NCBI GenBank assembly: GCA_963805975.1
Contig: CAWDVR010000002.1
Span: 96,001-160,000, forward strand
DNA from: an uncultured Acidobacteriota bacterium
GTDB taxonomy: Bacteria > Acidobacteriota > Thermoanaerobaculia > Multivoradales > SZUA-115
Reading direction: 5' to 3'
DNA: 64,000 bases
The notes beneath the pieces were generated by a model. The model did no database searches, was not told the origin of the DNA, and saw only the letters and a program-made list of their open reading frames with translations. Positions within the stretch are counted from its first letter, which is position 1. Each line of letters opens with the position of its first letter. Below are positions 39,701 through 48,138 of the stretch, piece after piece. Position numbers and translations under genes: made by a program.

Positions 39701-40080
39701 GTCGCTGGCAGTGGCAGGGGGAGCGCGACGGCAAGGCCGAGATCCTCGGGCCCACGCTGTCGAGCGCCCTCTACCGGATGGGCGAGATCCATCGCTTCGA
39801 GGACCTGCAGCGGGAGTTCGAGCGGCAGGTGCGCCAGGCCCGCGCGGCCCTGCCGGCGGAAGAGCTGTCGGTCCGGCGCCAGCAGCTGGCGCAGCGGATC
39901 GAGGGCTTGGTCGCGGACATGTCGCGGCGCGAGCTCAACGGCGAGATGAGCCGTGAAGACATCCTCGACCGGCCGATCCTGCGCACCCTGATGCTCTACC
40001 TACCCACCGGCCATGCCCACGACGATCGCACTGTCTCGGCCAGCGCCGGCTACAGCCAGCTCACCGAGGAAGGAGCCTGA
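36790..40080 (+). CDS. Tubulin/FtsZ-like GTPase (Tubulin_2 / FtsZl1 type) with long helical C-terminus
   Basis: AAGGAG RBS; VVGLGGTG, IDTN, GAGQIR, LAGGTGSG signature, ANTYAALKEL; 1096 aa. Confidence 0.88.
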   Translation: MSEEYRAGQSTITPTLVVGLGGTGSDIVDRIAGRAATLPNWESQLRPLTSFVAIDTNELDQHGLAHIPDGNRLNIAAFDKARVIDHFRRSQNQQALQWLDRAYQPRPGFKPGAGQIRVESRLGFFFHSPEIRQRLRSLVRETLRPGIVWRQATPPKYNVYVFTTLAGGTGSGCFLSAAYLIEAVIREQEWQPRIVANLLLSTLMQDKVGPELHPDIHANTYAALKELEHLTKLDYPQVRREGRTAEDFVYCRDETSQQILQVGSRPFFLSFLFDRPSHLGLPEAKHAIADAAFLQIFTPIIDNLAGELDNYEKHLESLTLFPGELKNVGLGYTKNFGAFGAVALALPGRDLLEYCALRFAAQAMRSQITFGVDPNDPTDDRARALARLAVNYADPKFLNLADAEREREINRAFVASVQEMARQDAVDDMTRGFWYQLVASIDEGPLTGTDPDGKPIHGESLVAVVERQLDEARRPLLNKVSIKERAFAFHKEGVSQYNELVSRLKEDIRNARVIVDEGCRGLVASAEEGEVIAGLKLDPIAERYLALRKLAHLETEVLPKAEQELSSAQVLELNNPAVQKRFEELYQKLQDEARARRWPNRDQSFLDARSEAEEYYGKVAKAARRILDLEVRLRQLRALTDYLRRRARQYARLANRMNGLVQDLEADAERLRRGEVAIELPLALKVEVFETLDEPRRRIWDRVYNALFLDGGRYLATFDRQLLAETVARELKPVVGADGRVSDKTVDQTVTDLRRALCRLGRERLRPAILGDADATGLDLETGLALEARLMLAPMKRPGETVTPEEIEEYREKKFRALAQLAGVLARVSAADAKALDDGVKTNRTRQLILGHSGARAESVDGRFVDRLKSVLSAGGHQVEKDYWHNPRLAIVHDVELPIPLYYFQPVVGEIEEAYLKIAAEERRGYNLHTDFNWEKSLPNLNPRRSELTVGWSLSQLAEGLVSRIILFRDGRWQWQGERDGKAEILGPTLSSALYRMGEIHRFEDLQREFERQVRQARAALPAEELSVRRQQLAQRIEGLVADMSRRELNGEMSREDILDRPILRTLMLYLPTGHAHDDRTVSASAGYSQLTEEGA

Positions 40081-40084
40081 AGCG

Positions 40085-42526
40085 GTGCACCGCGCCACGA
40101 TTCTGCTGGGCTGGGGCAAGCTCGGGCGCGAGGTCCTGCGCCGGATGCTGGTCACCGCCGCGCTGCGCGATGCCCTGGCCTGGGAAACCGGCGGCGGCGA
40201 TCCGCTGGACAGAAAGCGGCGCCTCGCCGGCCTCGAGCTCTTCTGTCTGACCGAGCCGCCGGCCGAGGGTGACGGCCGCCAGAGCTTCACTGGCCTGTTC
40301 GGTGAGACCGATCTCGAGCTGCTGGCGGACGTCGAGGCCCAGATCCGCGACCTCGACGCCGGGGCCGAGGGCGGGGAGGCCGTGGCACGAGCGGTGGTCG
40401 AGGGCGCCAAGCGCCTGCTGGCTGCAAACGGCGAGGCCGACGCCAGCCGGCCGCCCGGGCTCGACCTGCTGGTGGTGGCGCACCCGCACGACCGTGAAGC
40501 GCTCGGCCGGCTGGAAACGGTGATGGATCGGGTGTTCGCCGCGCTCGGGCGGCTCGGCGTCCTGCAGCGCAGCGTACCCGGGGCCGAACCGCTGGCGGCA
40601 GTGGCTCTGCTCGATCTCGACGGCGAATGGGACCCGGCGCCGGCGGCACGGGCCCTGCGGGCGACGCTGGCGGAGATCCTGGAGCGTTGGGAGGGGCGCC
40701 GGCGAACGGGCGAGATCACCTTCACCCGGGTCTACCTGAGCGGCGAGATGGGGCGCCACCAAGTACGGCGCAGCGAGCTGCGCATCGACGAGCTCAGCCT
40801 GTTTCTCGAGCTGATGCTGTTCGAGGGCCGGCAGCACGAGTCGCTCCGGCGGCTCTTTCAGCCCCAGCCCGTGCAGGAGCCCGGGCTCGGCACTTTCGGC
40901 GTGCGCCTCTTCGAGCACAACCACTCGCTGCTCAAACAGCTGGCGGCGGCGCGCTTCGGGGGTCTGTGGCTGCGCTACCTGGCCGGCGCGGTCCCGGCCG
41001 ACGACGATCGCCCCAGCTCGCCGCTCGCCGAGCGGCTGGCGCCGTTTCATCCCGCGCGCCTCAACCAGCTCTTGGGCTGGGACGAGGTCGAACGCAATCT
41101 CGGGCGCGAGCTCGGTGCGCTCGAAGACGAGCTGCTGGCGATCCCGCCCGAGCGCGACGACTGGGCGCAAGCCGTGCGCGCCCGCTACGAGCAGCACGCC
41201 GCCGCCATCACGGCCGAGCTCGGCGAGAGCGCCGGTCAATCCGCGGCGCGGCTGACGGTCGAGCTCAAGCGCTTTCCGGAGGTGCTCGCGGCCGGCATCA
41301 CCAGCGCGCTTTGCGACCCGCATCGGCCCATCCCCCTGGGAGCCGTGCTGGCAGAGCTCGCCCCTCTGCACGAAGCCACGCGCAGGCTGCCCGCGGCCGT
41401 GCGCCACGGCGAGCGCGCGACGGAATCGTTCTGGCAGCGCCTGGGCCGGCTGGCGGCAAGCTATCGGTCGCTCGCCGGCGAGCGCTTCGCCAGCAAATGG
41501 GTATGGGCCCTCCTGACCTTGCTGGCGAGCGTCGGCTGGCTGGCTTTTGCCCGCCAGGCTCTGGAGGGCTTGCCCGCGCCGGGCCCACTGACCCACCCGG
41601 CCGTGAGCACGCTGCTTTCCGGGCTCCAGGGATTGGCTCATCCCACCATCGCCAGCCTGCTCCTGCTGGCGCTGGCGGCGGCGTTCTTCTTCGGGCTCGC
41701 GGCCCCGGCCCTCGATCGGCGCCTGATGCGCCTGGCGCGCTTTTTCGTCGATCGCCGGCAAGGCCGGCTGGTCGACGCTCTGCGTGCCGCCCTGGCGCGG
41801 AGCGGCGAGCTTGCCGCTCCTCTGGAGGCGACCGTCTCCAGCCTGCAGCGCGACTTGGCGGTGAGCGCGGCCAGCGCCGTGGGCCGCGAAGTGGACCGCG
41901 CGGTACGCCGCATCGAAGAGCTGCGGCGCGAGGCCCTTTGGCTCTCCGAACAGCTCGGACAGTTCCTGGCGCTCTTCGGCCTGACGCTCGACAGTGATAC
42001 GCCGGCGCTCGAGTTGGTGCGCAAGGATGGTACCGGCATTCGCCAGCGCACCGAGCGGGCGAGCGAGCTCACCGCGCTGCTGCGCGCTCACCCTCCGGAG
42101 CCGGCGCTCTATCGCTCCGTCCAGGGCGAGCAGTGGGTCTTCCAGGGCTGGAACGAGCCTGGAGGCTCGATCTTCCTCGACCCACTCGAGTTCATCGCCC
42201 GCCTGAGCCAGCGCTTCCAGGCGCCATCCGGCAGCCTGGGAGAGCCGCGGGACGGCGATGCCGAGCACCAGGAGCTGCTGAGCTTCCTGGCCCAGCGCGG
42301 CAGTGCCAATCTGGCCTTCGACTGGCGCCAGCAGGATGGCGTGGCGGCGCCGCAGCGCCTGGCCGTGCTGCCTCAGCGCTGGAGAATGCTCGGCGGCGTC
42401 ACGGCCCAGCTCACCGACGTCAGCATCGACGGCAGCCGAACGCTGTCGAGCGCCGAGGACGACCGTGCCTATCTGATCAATCTTCAGCTCGGCCTGCCTT
42501 CCAGGCTGCTCGGAGAACAGCCATGA
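40085..42526 (+). CDS. Membrane protein with a degenerate tubulin-like N-terminus
   Basis: GGAG RBS, GTG start; ILLGWGKLG resembles the tubulin T1 loop; no GGTGSG; two TM segments in the second half. Confidence 0.65.
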   Translation: MHRATILLGWGKLGREVLRRMLVTAALRDALAWETGGGDPLDRKRRLAGLELFCLTEPPAEGDGRQSFTGLFGETDLELLADVEAQIRDLDAGAEGGEAVARAVVEGAKRLLAANGEADASRPPGLDLLVVAHPHDREALGRLETVMDRVFAALGRLGVLQRSVPGAEPLAAVALLDLDGEWDPAPAARALRATLAEILERWEGRRRTGEITFTRVYLSGEMGRHQVRRSELRIDELSLFLELMLFEGRQHESLRRLFQPQPVQEPGLGTFGVRLFEHNHSLLKQLAAARFGGLWLRYLAGAVPADDDRPSSPLAERLAPFHPARLNQLLGWDEVERNLGRELGALEDELLAIPPERDDWAQAVRARYEQHAAAITAELGESAGQSAARLTVELKRFPEVLAAGITSALCDPHRPIPLGAVLAELAPLHEATRRLPAAVRHGERATESFWQRLGRLAASYRSLAGERFASKWVWALLTLLASVGWLAFARQALEGLPAPGPLTHPAVSTLLSGLQGLAHPTIASLLLLALAAAFFFGLAAPALDRRLMRLARFFVDRRQGRLVDALRAALARSGELAAPLEATVSSLQRDLAVSAASAVGREVDRAVRRIEELRREALWLSEQLGQFLALFGLTLDSDTPALELVRKDGTGIRQRTERASELTALLRAHPPEPALYRSVQGEQWVFQGWNEPGGSIFLDPLEFIARLSQRFQAPSGSLGEPRDGDAEHQELLSFLAQRGSANLAFDWRQQDGVAAPQRLAVLPQRWRMLGGVTAQLTDVSIDGSRTLSSAEDDRAYLINLQLGLPSRLLGEQP

Positions 42527-45420
42527 GGTGGTTGGACCAGGTGGTGCTGCCGGTCGGTACGCTCGCCCTCACGACCTTGGGAGCCCGGCTGGCGCATGCC
42601 GAGCTCGGTCGCCGCCGTCTCGGCCATCGCACGGCCTTCTGGCGGCGGGTGGCGCTCGAGGCCGGGTTGACGCTCGGCCTCCTGAGCCTGATCTCGAGCT
42701 GGCTGGAGCCGTTGCTCCCCACTCTCTGGCAGCGCGGCTGGCACGCCCACTTCGATCTCGTGCCTGGCCAGCTGAGCTTGCGCCTCGGCTATCTCGCCGC
42801 GCTCGCGCTGCCGGTGGCGGTATGGGGAGCGCTGGTGGTCGTGGGCCTGATCCTCGCGGACCGGGCTCGGGGACGCTGGACCGGAAGGCAGCGGGCAGCG
42901 GGGCCGGCGGAGAGCGGGCGTCTCTGGGTACTGGCGGCGGCGTTGCCGCTCGCCGCCGCCCTGCTGGCGGGCTGGCCCCGTCTCGGCGGCGGGCCGGGGG
43001 CTTATCCGGCTTTTACCTGGGCAACACTCGCCGTCGCGCTGGTATCGCTGCTCGCCGCCGCGCTCACCACGAGCCCCGAAGGCCCGGTGACGGCGGCGAA
43101 GCCCGCGGCCGAACGGACCGACGACCCGCCGCGAGTACCCTGGCCCCAGGCCCTGCGCAACCACGGCTTGGACCTGGCGACGATGGCGCGCTGGCCGGCG
43201 AGCAAGCCGCGCCGCGAGCACGGCGAGGTGGCGCGTTCGGAGACGACGACGGACCTCGGAGCACGGCTGGCACGCTCCGGCGCGCGACAGGTCCCGCGGG
43301 AGCTGATCGAAACGGTCGAGACACTGCTGACCGGCGCCCGTGGTGCCGGCAGGCACGGCCGCGCACTGCTGGTGTTCGGCGCCGAGGACGACGGTCGCCT
43401 CGAAACTGTAGCGGCAGCCGCCGGCAGCATGGCCCAGCGCTTCCTGCGCCGGACGCTGGTGATCTGCCCGCACGGTGCCTCGGGCTTGGCGGCAGAGCTG
43501 AAGCGCTTCCTGCCGGCCGGCTCGCCGGAGATCCAGGCCTTCGACCGGCCTGGTGAGATCGACCGGAGCAAGCTGATCTGGGTCGCGACGGCCGAAGCCT
43601 GCTCCGAATCTCTCCTCTTCCAGCTCGCCAGCAACGAGCTGGCGCCCGGATTGGGCCTGGTCGTCTGGTGGGATCTGCACCGCTTCAGCGGTGTGCCGGC
43701 GGCCAACCTCTGGGCGGTTTCACATCGTCTCTACCGCCTGCTGGCGCGCTTCGGCTCCGGCGACGTACGCACTCTCGCCCTGGCTTGGCGCTCCCGCCAT
43801 CCCGGCGCGCAGGTGGAGCGTTACGTTCACCGCCTGTTGCCGCACGCGGAGGCCGACCGGCGCGAGATCCTGCTCGAGCCTTCCTGGCGGCAACCGACCG
43901 AGCTTCATCTGTTGGGCTCCACCGAGCGTTTCTTCAAGCTCGAGCCCACCGTCCTCGCCGATCGCACCCACCCCTTGGTGGCAGCCGCCAAGGCGTCGCT
44001 CGACGCTGCCTGGCCTACGCACCTGGACTTGCCGCCGGCGGCGGCGAGCGCCATGACGCTGCCGCTCGAGCGGGTGCGGGCGAGCGAGCGCCGTCTCGGC
44101 GAGGCGCTGTCGGCGCAGCCCGCGGCGGCGGCGGCGCGCCTGCTCACGATCGAGCCGTGGGACGTGCTGGCCCTGCCCGAGCGCATCAGCGAGCTCGGCC
44201 GTGCGACTTCGGAGAGCGACCCTCACCATGTCGGCGTGATGACGACGGGCAACCCCTACGTCGAGTACCTGCTGCATACATTGGCGGAGCAGCCGGCGGC
44301 GCTCCCCACCGCTTCACGCCGCATGGTGGCGGCCGTGGGTCAGCCCCGCATCCTCCACCGCCACCTGCTGCGGGCGCTGGCCGAGCTGCCGGATACCGGG
44401 GCGAATCTGCGACGCGACTTTCTCGCTTACGAGGGTGCGGTGGAGCAGACGCTCGCCGAACTGCACGCCAAGAACGAGCTGGCCCGCAGCGAGATCCGCA
44501 CGCTGGGGCCGGACCGCAAGCTCTGCCGCGATTTCAAGTACCACAGCTTCTCACCGCCGGACCGCAGATATGTGCCGTTCGACAGCGTCGGCGGCGAGCT
44601 GATCGACGTGCGTGATTCGGCGGCGGCGCAGGATCACCGCGGCGTGGTGCTGTCGGTCGACAGCGAGCGCCTGCTCATCAAGGCCTACCCCCATCGTGTT
44701 TTCACGCACGGCGGGCGGCGCTATCAAGTGCGCGAGTGGCTCTCGATCGACGAGGCCTTGCGCCGCGGCTTTGTCGAGTGCGAGCTCGAGGCGAATCCCG
44801 TCTCGAGCTTGCGCCTGCGCCGGCATACCTTGCAGGCCGTGCGACCCGAAGGCAACCGGGTCAACCTCGGGCGGCCGGAGCGTGGCCTCGCTCGCCAGCT
44901 CGCGCACCTCACCTACGAAGAGTGGGTGGACGGCGCACTGCACTGGAGCCGCGATCCCGCCGGCCGCATCCAGTCGCGATCGCTGCTGCTCGAGCGCGCG
45001 CTGCCGTTGCGCCTCGCGACCTCGGCGCTGCGCCTGTTCTTCCCCGACGACGCGAGCCGGCCGGCCCTCGAAGCGATCGCCCAGGCCTTCCGTTCGATCT
45101 TGCCGGTACACCTCGGTGTCGACGAGGACGATCTCGAAGTGGTGGCCTTCGGCGGCATGGCCGGTGAGCAGGGGCCGCGCGGCATCGCCTTGGTCGAGCT
45201 CTATTCCGGCGGCTTCGGCCTGCTCGAGCCGGTGGCCGAAGATCTCGACTTCCTCTTTGATCTGCTGGCGCGCATTCGCGCCTGGCTCAACTCCTGTCCT
45301 TGCCGCAGCACCGAAGGTTGTGAGCGGTGTCTGCGCTCGATCTCTGCTCTCGCCTGCAACGCGGGTCTGAGGCGGAGCCGGGCCGCCGCGCTCGAAACCC
45401 TGGCGCGCGTGCTGGGCTGA
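42523..45420 (+). CDS. Multi-TM protein fused to an inactive MrfA/YprA-like SF2 helicase with a DUF1998 Zn domain
   Basis: ATGA overlap; about 5 N-terminal TMs; degenerate motif II VVWWDLHRFSGV; YPHRVFTHGGRRYQV; LYSGGFG...CPC...GCERCL....C. Confidence 0.72.
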   Translation: MRWLDQVVLPVGTLALTTLGARLAHAELGRRRLGHRTAFWRRVALEAGLTLGLLSLISSWLEPLLPTLWQRGWHAHFDLVPGQLSLRLGYLAALALPVAVWGALVVVGLILADRARGRWTGRQRAAGPAESGRLWVLAAALPLAAALLAGWPRLGGGPGAYPAFTWATLAVALVSLLAAALTTSPEGPVTAAKPAAERTDDPPRVPWPQALRNHGLDLATMARWPASKPRREHGEVARSETTTDLGARLARSGARQVPRELIETVETLLTGARGAGRHGRALLVFGAEDDGRLETVAAAAGSMAQRFLRRTLVICPHGASGLAAELKRFLPAGSPEIQAFDRPGEIDRSKLIWVATAEACSESLLFQLASNELAPGLGLVVWWDLHRFSGVPAANLWAVSHRLYRLLARFGSGDVRTLALAWRSRHPGAQVERYVHRLLPHAEADRREILLEPSWRQPTELHLLGSTERFFKLEPTVLADRTHPLVAAAKASLDAAWPTHLDLPPAAASAMTLPLERVRASERRLGEALSAQPAAAAARLLTIEPWDVLALPERISELGRATSESDPHHVGVMTTGNPYVEYLLHTLAEQPAALPTASRRMVAAVGQPRILHRHLLRALAELPDTGANLRRDFLAYEGAVEQTLAELHAKNELARSEIRTLGPDRKLCRDFKYHSFSPPDRRYVPFDSVGGELIDVRDSAAAQDHRGVVLSVDSERLLIKAYPHRVFTHGGRRYQVREWLSIDEALRRGFVECELEANPVSSLRLRRHTLQAVRPEGNRVNLGRPERGLARQLAHLTYEEWVDGALHWSRDPAGRIQSRSLLLERALPLRLATSALRLFFPDDASRPALEAIAQAFRSILPVHLGVDEDDLEVVAFGGMAGEQGPRGIALVELYSGGFGLLEPVAEDLDFLFDLLARIRAWLNSCPCRSTEGCERCLRSISALACNAGLRRSRAAALETLARVLG

Positions 45421-45436
45421 GGAACCGAGGCCCCTC

Positions 45437-47365
45437 ATGCCATGGATCGGATTCGCTGACCGGCCCGCCCTGGGCCAGCTCAAGGCCCAGATGGCTGGCT
45501 GCCGGCAACGCGTGCCGGCTCGCTGCCAGGGCTTCGAGCGCACATTGCTCGAGGTCGAGCGCGAGATCGAGATCGCGTTCCGTCGCTGGTGGCCCCTGCG
45601 GCCGCGTGAGGACGAGCTGGCACGGCTCCGGAAGCGCACGCTCGAGCTCGCGGCCGACAGTGAAGCCTTTGCCGCTTTCGCCGCCGCCCTGACGCCGCTC
45701 GAGGAAAAAGTCCGCTGGCTGCGCCATGAAGCCCTGCGCACGCCGAACCCCGAGGTGCAGAACTGGCTCATCCGCCACTGCGATGGCTGGGTTGGGGCCC
45801 TGTCACGACTCGGCCAGGCGCAACGAGCCGCCGAGCTCGCCGCGGAGCGGAAGCGTTTGCTCGAAGTGGAAGCTGAGGTGCGCCTGGCCGAGGAGGCCAT
45901 CACCGTGCTGGCCGAGCTGGCGCGGGCGGCGGCGACCCTGCCGGGCGAAGTCGGAGTGGCGCCGCTCGCGGCCCAGCTCCTCGGGTTGCGGCAGGACGTG
46001 CTCCACGCACAAGTCACGGCCGAGCTGCTGCGCAAGGCACGGCGCTTCCTCGCGCCGCTCGCCAACCTCCAGCCCCCGAGCCCGGTGCAAGGCCAGGCCG
46101 AGGACCTGATCGTGCTCGTCACGGTGCTTCAAAGCTGGAGCGGCGCCACTGGCCTCCTGGTGTCACAAGTCGAGGCGCTGGTGGCGCGGGTGCTCAGCCA
46201 TCAGGGGCCCCCGGACGAGCTCGCTGCCCAGGGCCGAGAGCTGCTCGAACAGCTGCTCGCTCTCGCCCGCAGCCGGCGCGAGGCGAGCCTGCGGAATCTC
46301 GACCAGCAGAACCAAGCCCTGGCCAACGGCTGCGGCAGACAGCCAGAGCAGAAATCGCTCGAGGCCGGCCTCGAAGCGCTGGCCAAGAAGAACGTGGCCG
46401 AGCCCGCCGACCATCAAGCCTGGGAAAGCGACCTCGAGCAGCTGCGCCGGCGCTTCGCGGACCTGGCCAAGGTCCTCGAGCAGCGCCTGCAGGCCACGCT
46501 CGGAGAACGGCTCGATGCTGCCACCGAGGTGCTGCGGCGGCTCGAGCAGGAATCCGACCTGCCCGCCGCGGTCGCTACCGAGTGCGATCGGCTTTCCGGC
46601 AGCTGGCGAGATCTCGCCGAGCGGCGCGGATGGAGCGAGGTGCTGCCGGGCCTGGCCGACGCGAAGGAGCTGCACGAGACGCTCTTGGCGCTCGAAGCCA
46701 GCGTGATTGCCGAGCGGGCCGCCACACGATCGCTCGACGAGCGGCGGCCCGCGCTCATCGACGAGCTCCAGGCCTTGTCCGCGGCTCAGCTGCGGCCACA
46801 GGAGCGAGCCGAGCGCGACCTTTGCCTGCGCGAGCTCGACGAGCTCGGGCCGGCGCCCACCACCGATCTGCGGCAGCGGCGCCTGCGCGTGGAACCGGTC
46901 GTGGCCCAGGGTGAAGACCTGCTCGAGCGCCTGCGCCAGGCGGAGGGGCGCGTGCGCGCACGGCACGCGGACTTGCTGCGCCGGCTCGAGGCCTTTCATC
47001 GCGCCGACTACGGGCTGGAGACAAGCCCGCTGCGCGATCGGGTGGAAGGCTTGATCCACGGCGTGCCCGCGACGCCCCAGGCCTGGAACGCCGTCGAGGA
47101 CCAGCTCGCGCTCGCCGAGGAGCTGCTCATTCGCCTCGACCGGCATGGCCGGCGCCGCGCGGCCGCACAGGTCGCGGGTCTGCTCGAAGCCCTGGACCGG
47201 AGCCGAACGGTGCGGCTTGAGCCGGTGTTGCGGCGCGAGATCGACGAGCTCGTGGCCAAAGCGTTGCAGTCGGGGAGCCACACCCTGCCGCCGAGCTCGT
47301 GGCGGCGGCGAGCCGAGCAGCTCTTGCGGCGCGCCGGTGCACCCGTGCTGCGAGGAGGTGTGTGA
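45437..47365 (+). CDS. Alpha-helical / coiled-coil hypothetical protein
   Basis: 642 aa rich in Leu/Glu/Arg heptads; TGATG coupling to the next gene. Confidence 0.75.
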   Translation: MPWIGFADRPALGQLKAQMAGCRQRVPARCQGFERTLLEVEREIEIAFRRWWPLRPREDELARLRKRTLELAADSEAFAAFAAALTPLEEKVRWLRHEALRTPNPEVQNWLIRHCDGWVGALSRLGQAQRAAELAAERKRLLEVEAEVRLAEEAITVLAELARAAATLPGEVGVAPLAAQLLGLRQDVLHAQVTAELLRKARRFLAPLANLQPPSPVQGQAEDLIVLVTVLQSWSGATGLLVSQVEALVARVLSHQGPPDELAAQGRELLEQLLALARSRREASLRNLDQQNQALANGCGRQPEQKSLEAGLEALAKKNVAEPADHQAWESDLEQLRRRFADLAKVLEQRLQATLGERLDAATEVLRRLEQESDLPAAVATECDRLSGSWRDLAERRGWSEVLPGLADAKELHETLLALEASVIAERAATRSLDERRPALIDELQALSAAQLRPQERAERDLCLRELDELGPAPTTDLRQRRLRVEPVVAQGEDLLERLRQAEGRVRARHADLLRRLEAFHRADYGLETSPLRDRVEGLIHGVPATPQAWNAVEDQLALAEELLIRLDRHGRRRAAAQVAGLLEALDRSRTVRLEPVLRREIDELVAKALQSGSHTLPPSSWRRRAEQLLRRAGAPVLRGGV

Positions 47366-48138
47366 TGTCTAGTGACTTAGGAACACCCCGGCAGATCTGC
47401 CTGTGGGGGCCGGTGAGCGCGGGCAAGACGGCGCTGCTCGCTCAGCTCGTCCACGCCGCACCGCTCGCCACGGATTCCTGGGAGGTGCTGCCTGCGGCCG
47501 AGGCGCAGGATTTCGTCGAGTCGACCCGGCATCGCATGCGCGAGCAGAATCGTTTTCCCGCGGCCACCACCGCCGGCGGCGGTCTGGCGCTGGCCTTTCA
47601 CTTTCGCCACCGGCGCCTGGGCAGCACCGCGACGCTGGCGGTCGAGGATCGGGCGGGCGACGATTCGCAAGCCTTCACGCCGCTCGGCGAGACGATCACC
47701 CGGGCGGAAGGCCTGGTGATGCTGCTCGACTCGACCTACGAGCCGGCGGTCCTCGAGGGTTTCCTGCTCCGCACGCTCGAGCGGCTCTCTTACGCCCGCG
47801 GTGCGCACTCCGGCCGCGATCCGCGACCGATCGCGGTCTGCCTCTCGAAGGCCGATCTCTACATCCAAACACCGGACGACCTGGCGAGCGCGAGCGCCGA
47901 GCCCGATGCCTTCGTGCGGCGGCGGCTCGACGAGCGCTGCCTGGCACCGCTCGCCACCTACTGCGAACGCTTCCAGCTCTTCCCGGTGTCGGCGATCGGC
48001 CTGCGCCTGCGCTGGGGGGCGATCGAACCGGTGGTGTTCGTGGATGAATCCGGCACCGAGCGCCTGTGCCCCCACACCACGCCGCTCAATCTCCTGGCCC
48101 CGTTTACCTGGGTGCTCGACCAATTGCAGGAGGCCTGA
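47365..48138 (+). CDS. TRAFAC-class GTPase (double-GTPase type)
   Basis: G1 GPVSAGKT, G2 FPAAT, G3 EDRAG, G4 SKAD, G5 VSA. Confidence 0.85.
   Translation: MSSDLGTPRQICLWGPVSAGKTALLAQLVHAAPLATDSWEVLPAAEAQDFVESTRHRMREQNRFPAATTAGGGLALAFHFRHRRLGSTATLAVEDRAGDDSQAFTPLGETITRAEGLVMLLDSTYEPAVLEGFLLRTLERLSYARGAHSGRDPRPIAVCLSKADLYIQTPDDLASASAEPDAFVRRRLDERCLAPLATYCERFQLFPVSAIGLRLRWGAIEPVVFVDESGTERLCPHTTPLNLLAPFTWVLDQLQEA

Noticed and set aside
36790-40080. Calling this ftsZ
   Set aside because: 1096 aa with a long helical tail, no dcw context; it fits the divergent tubulin-like family
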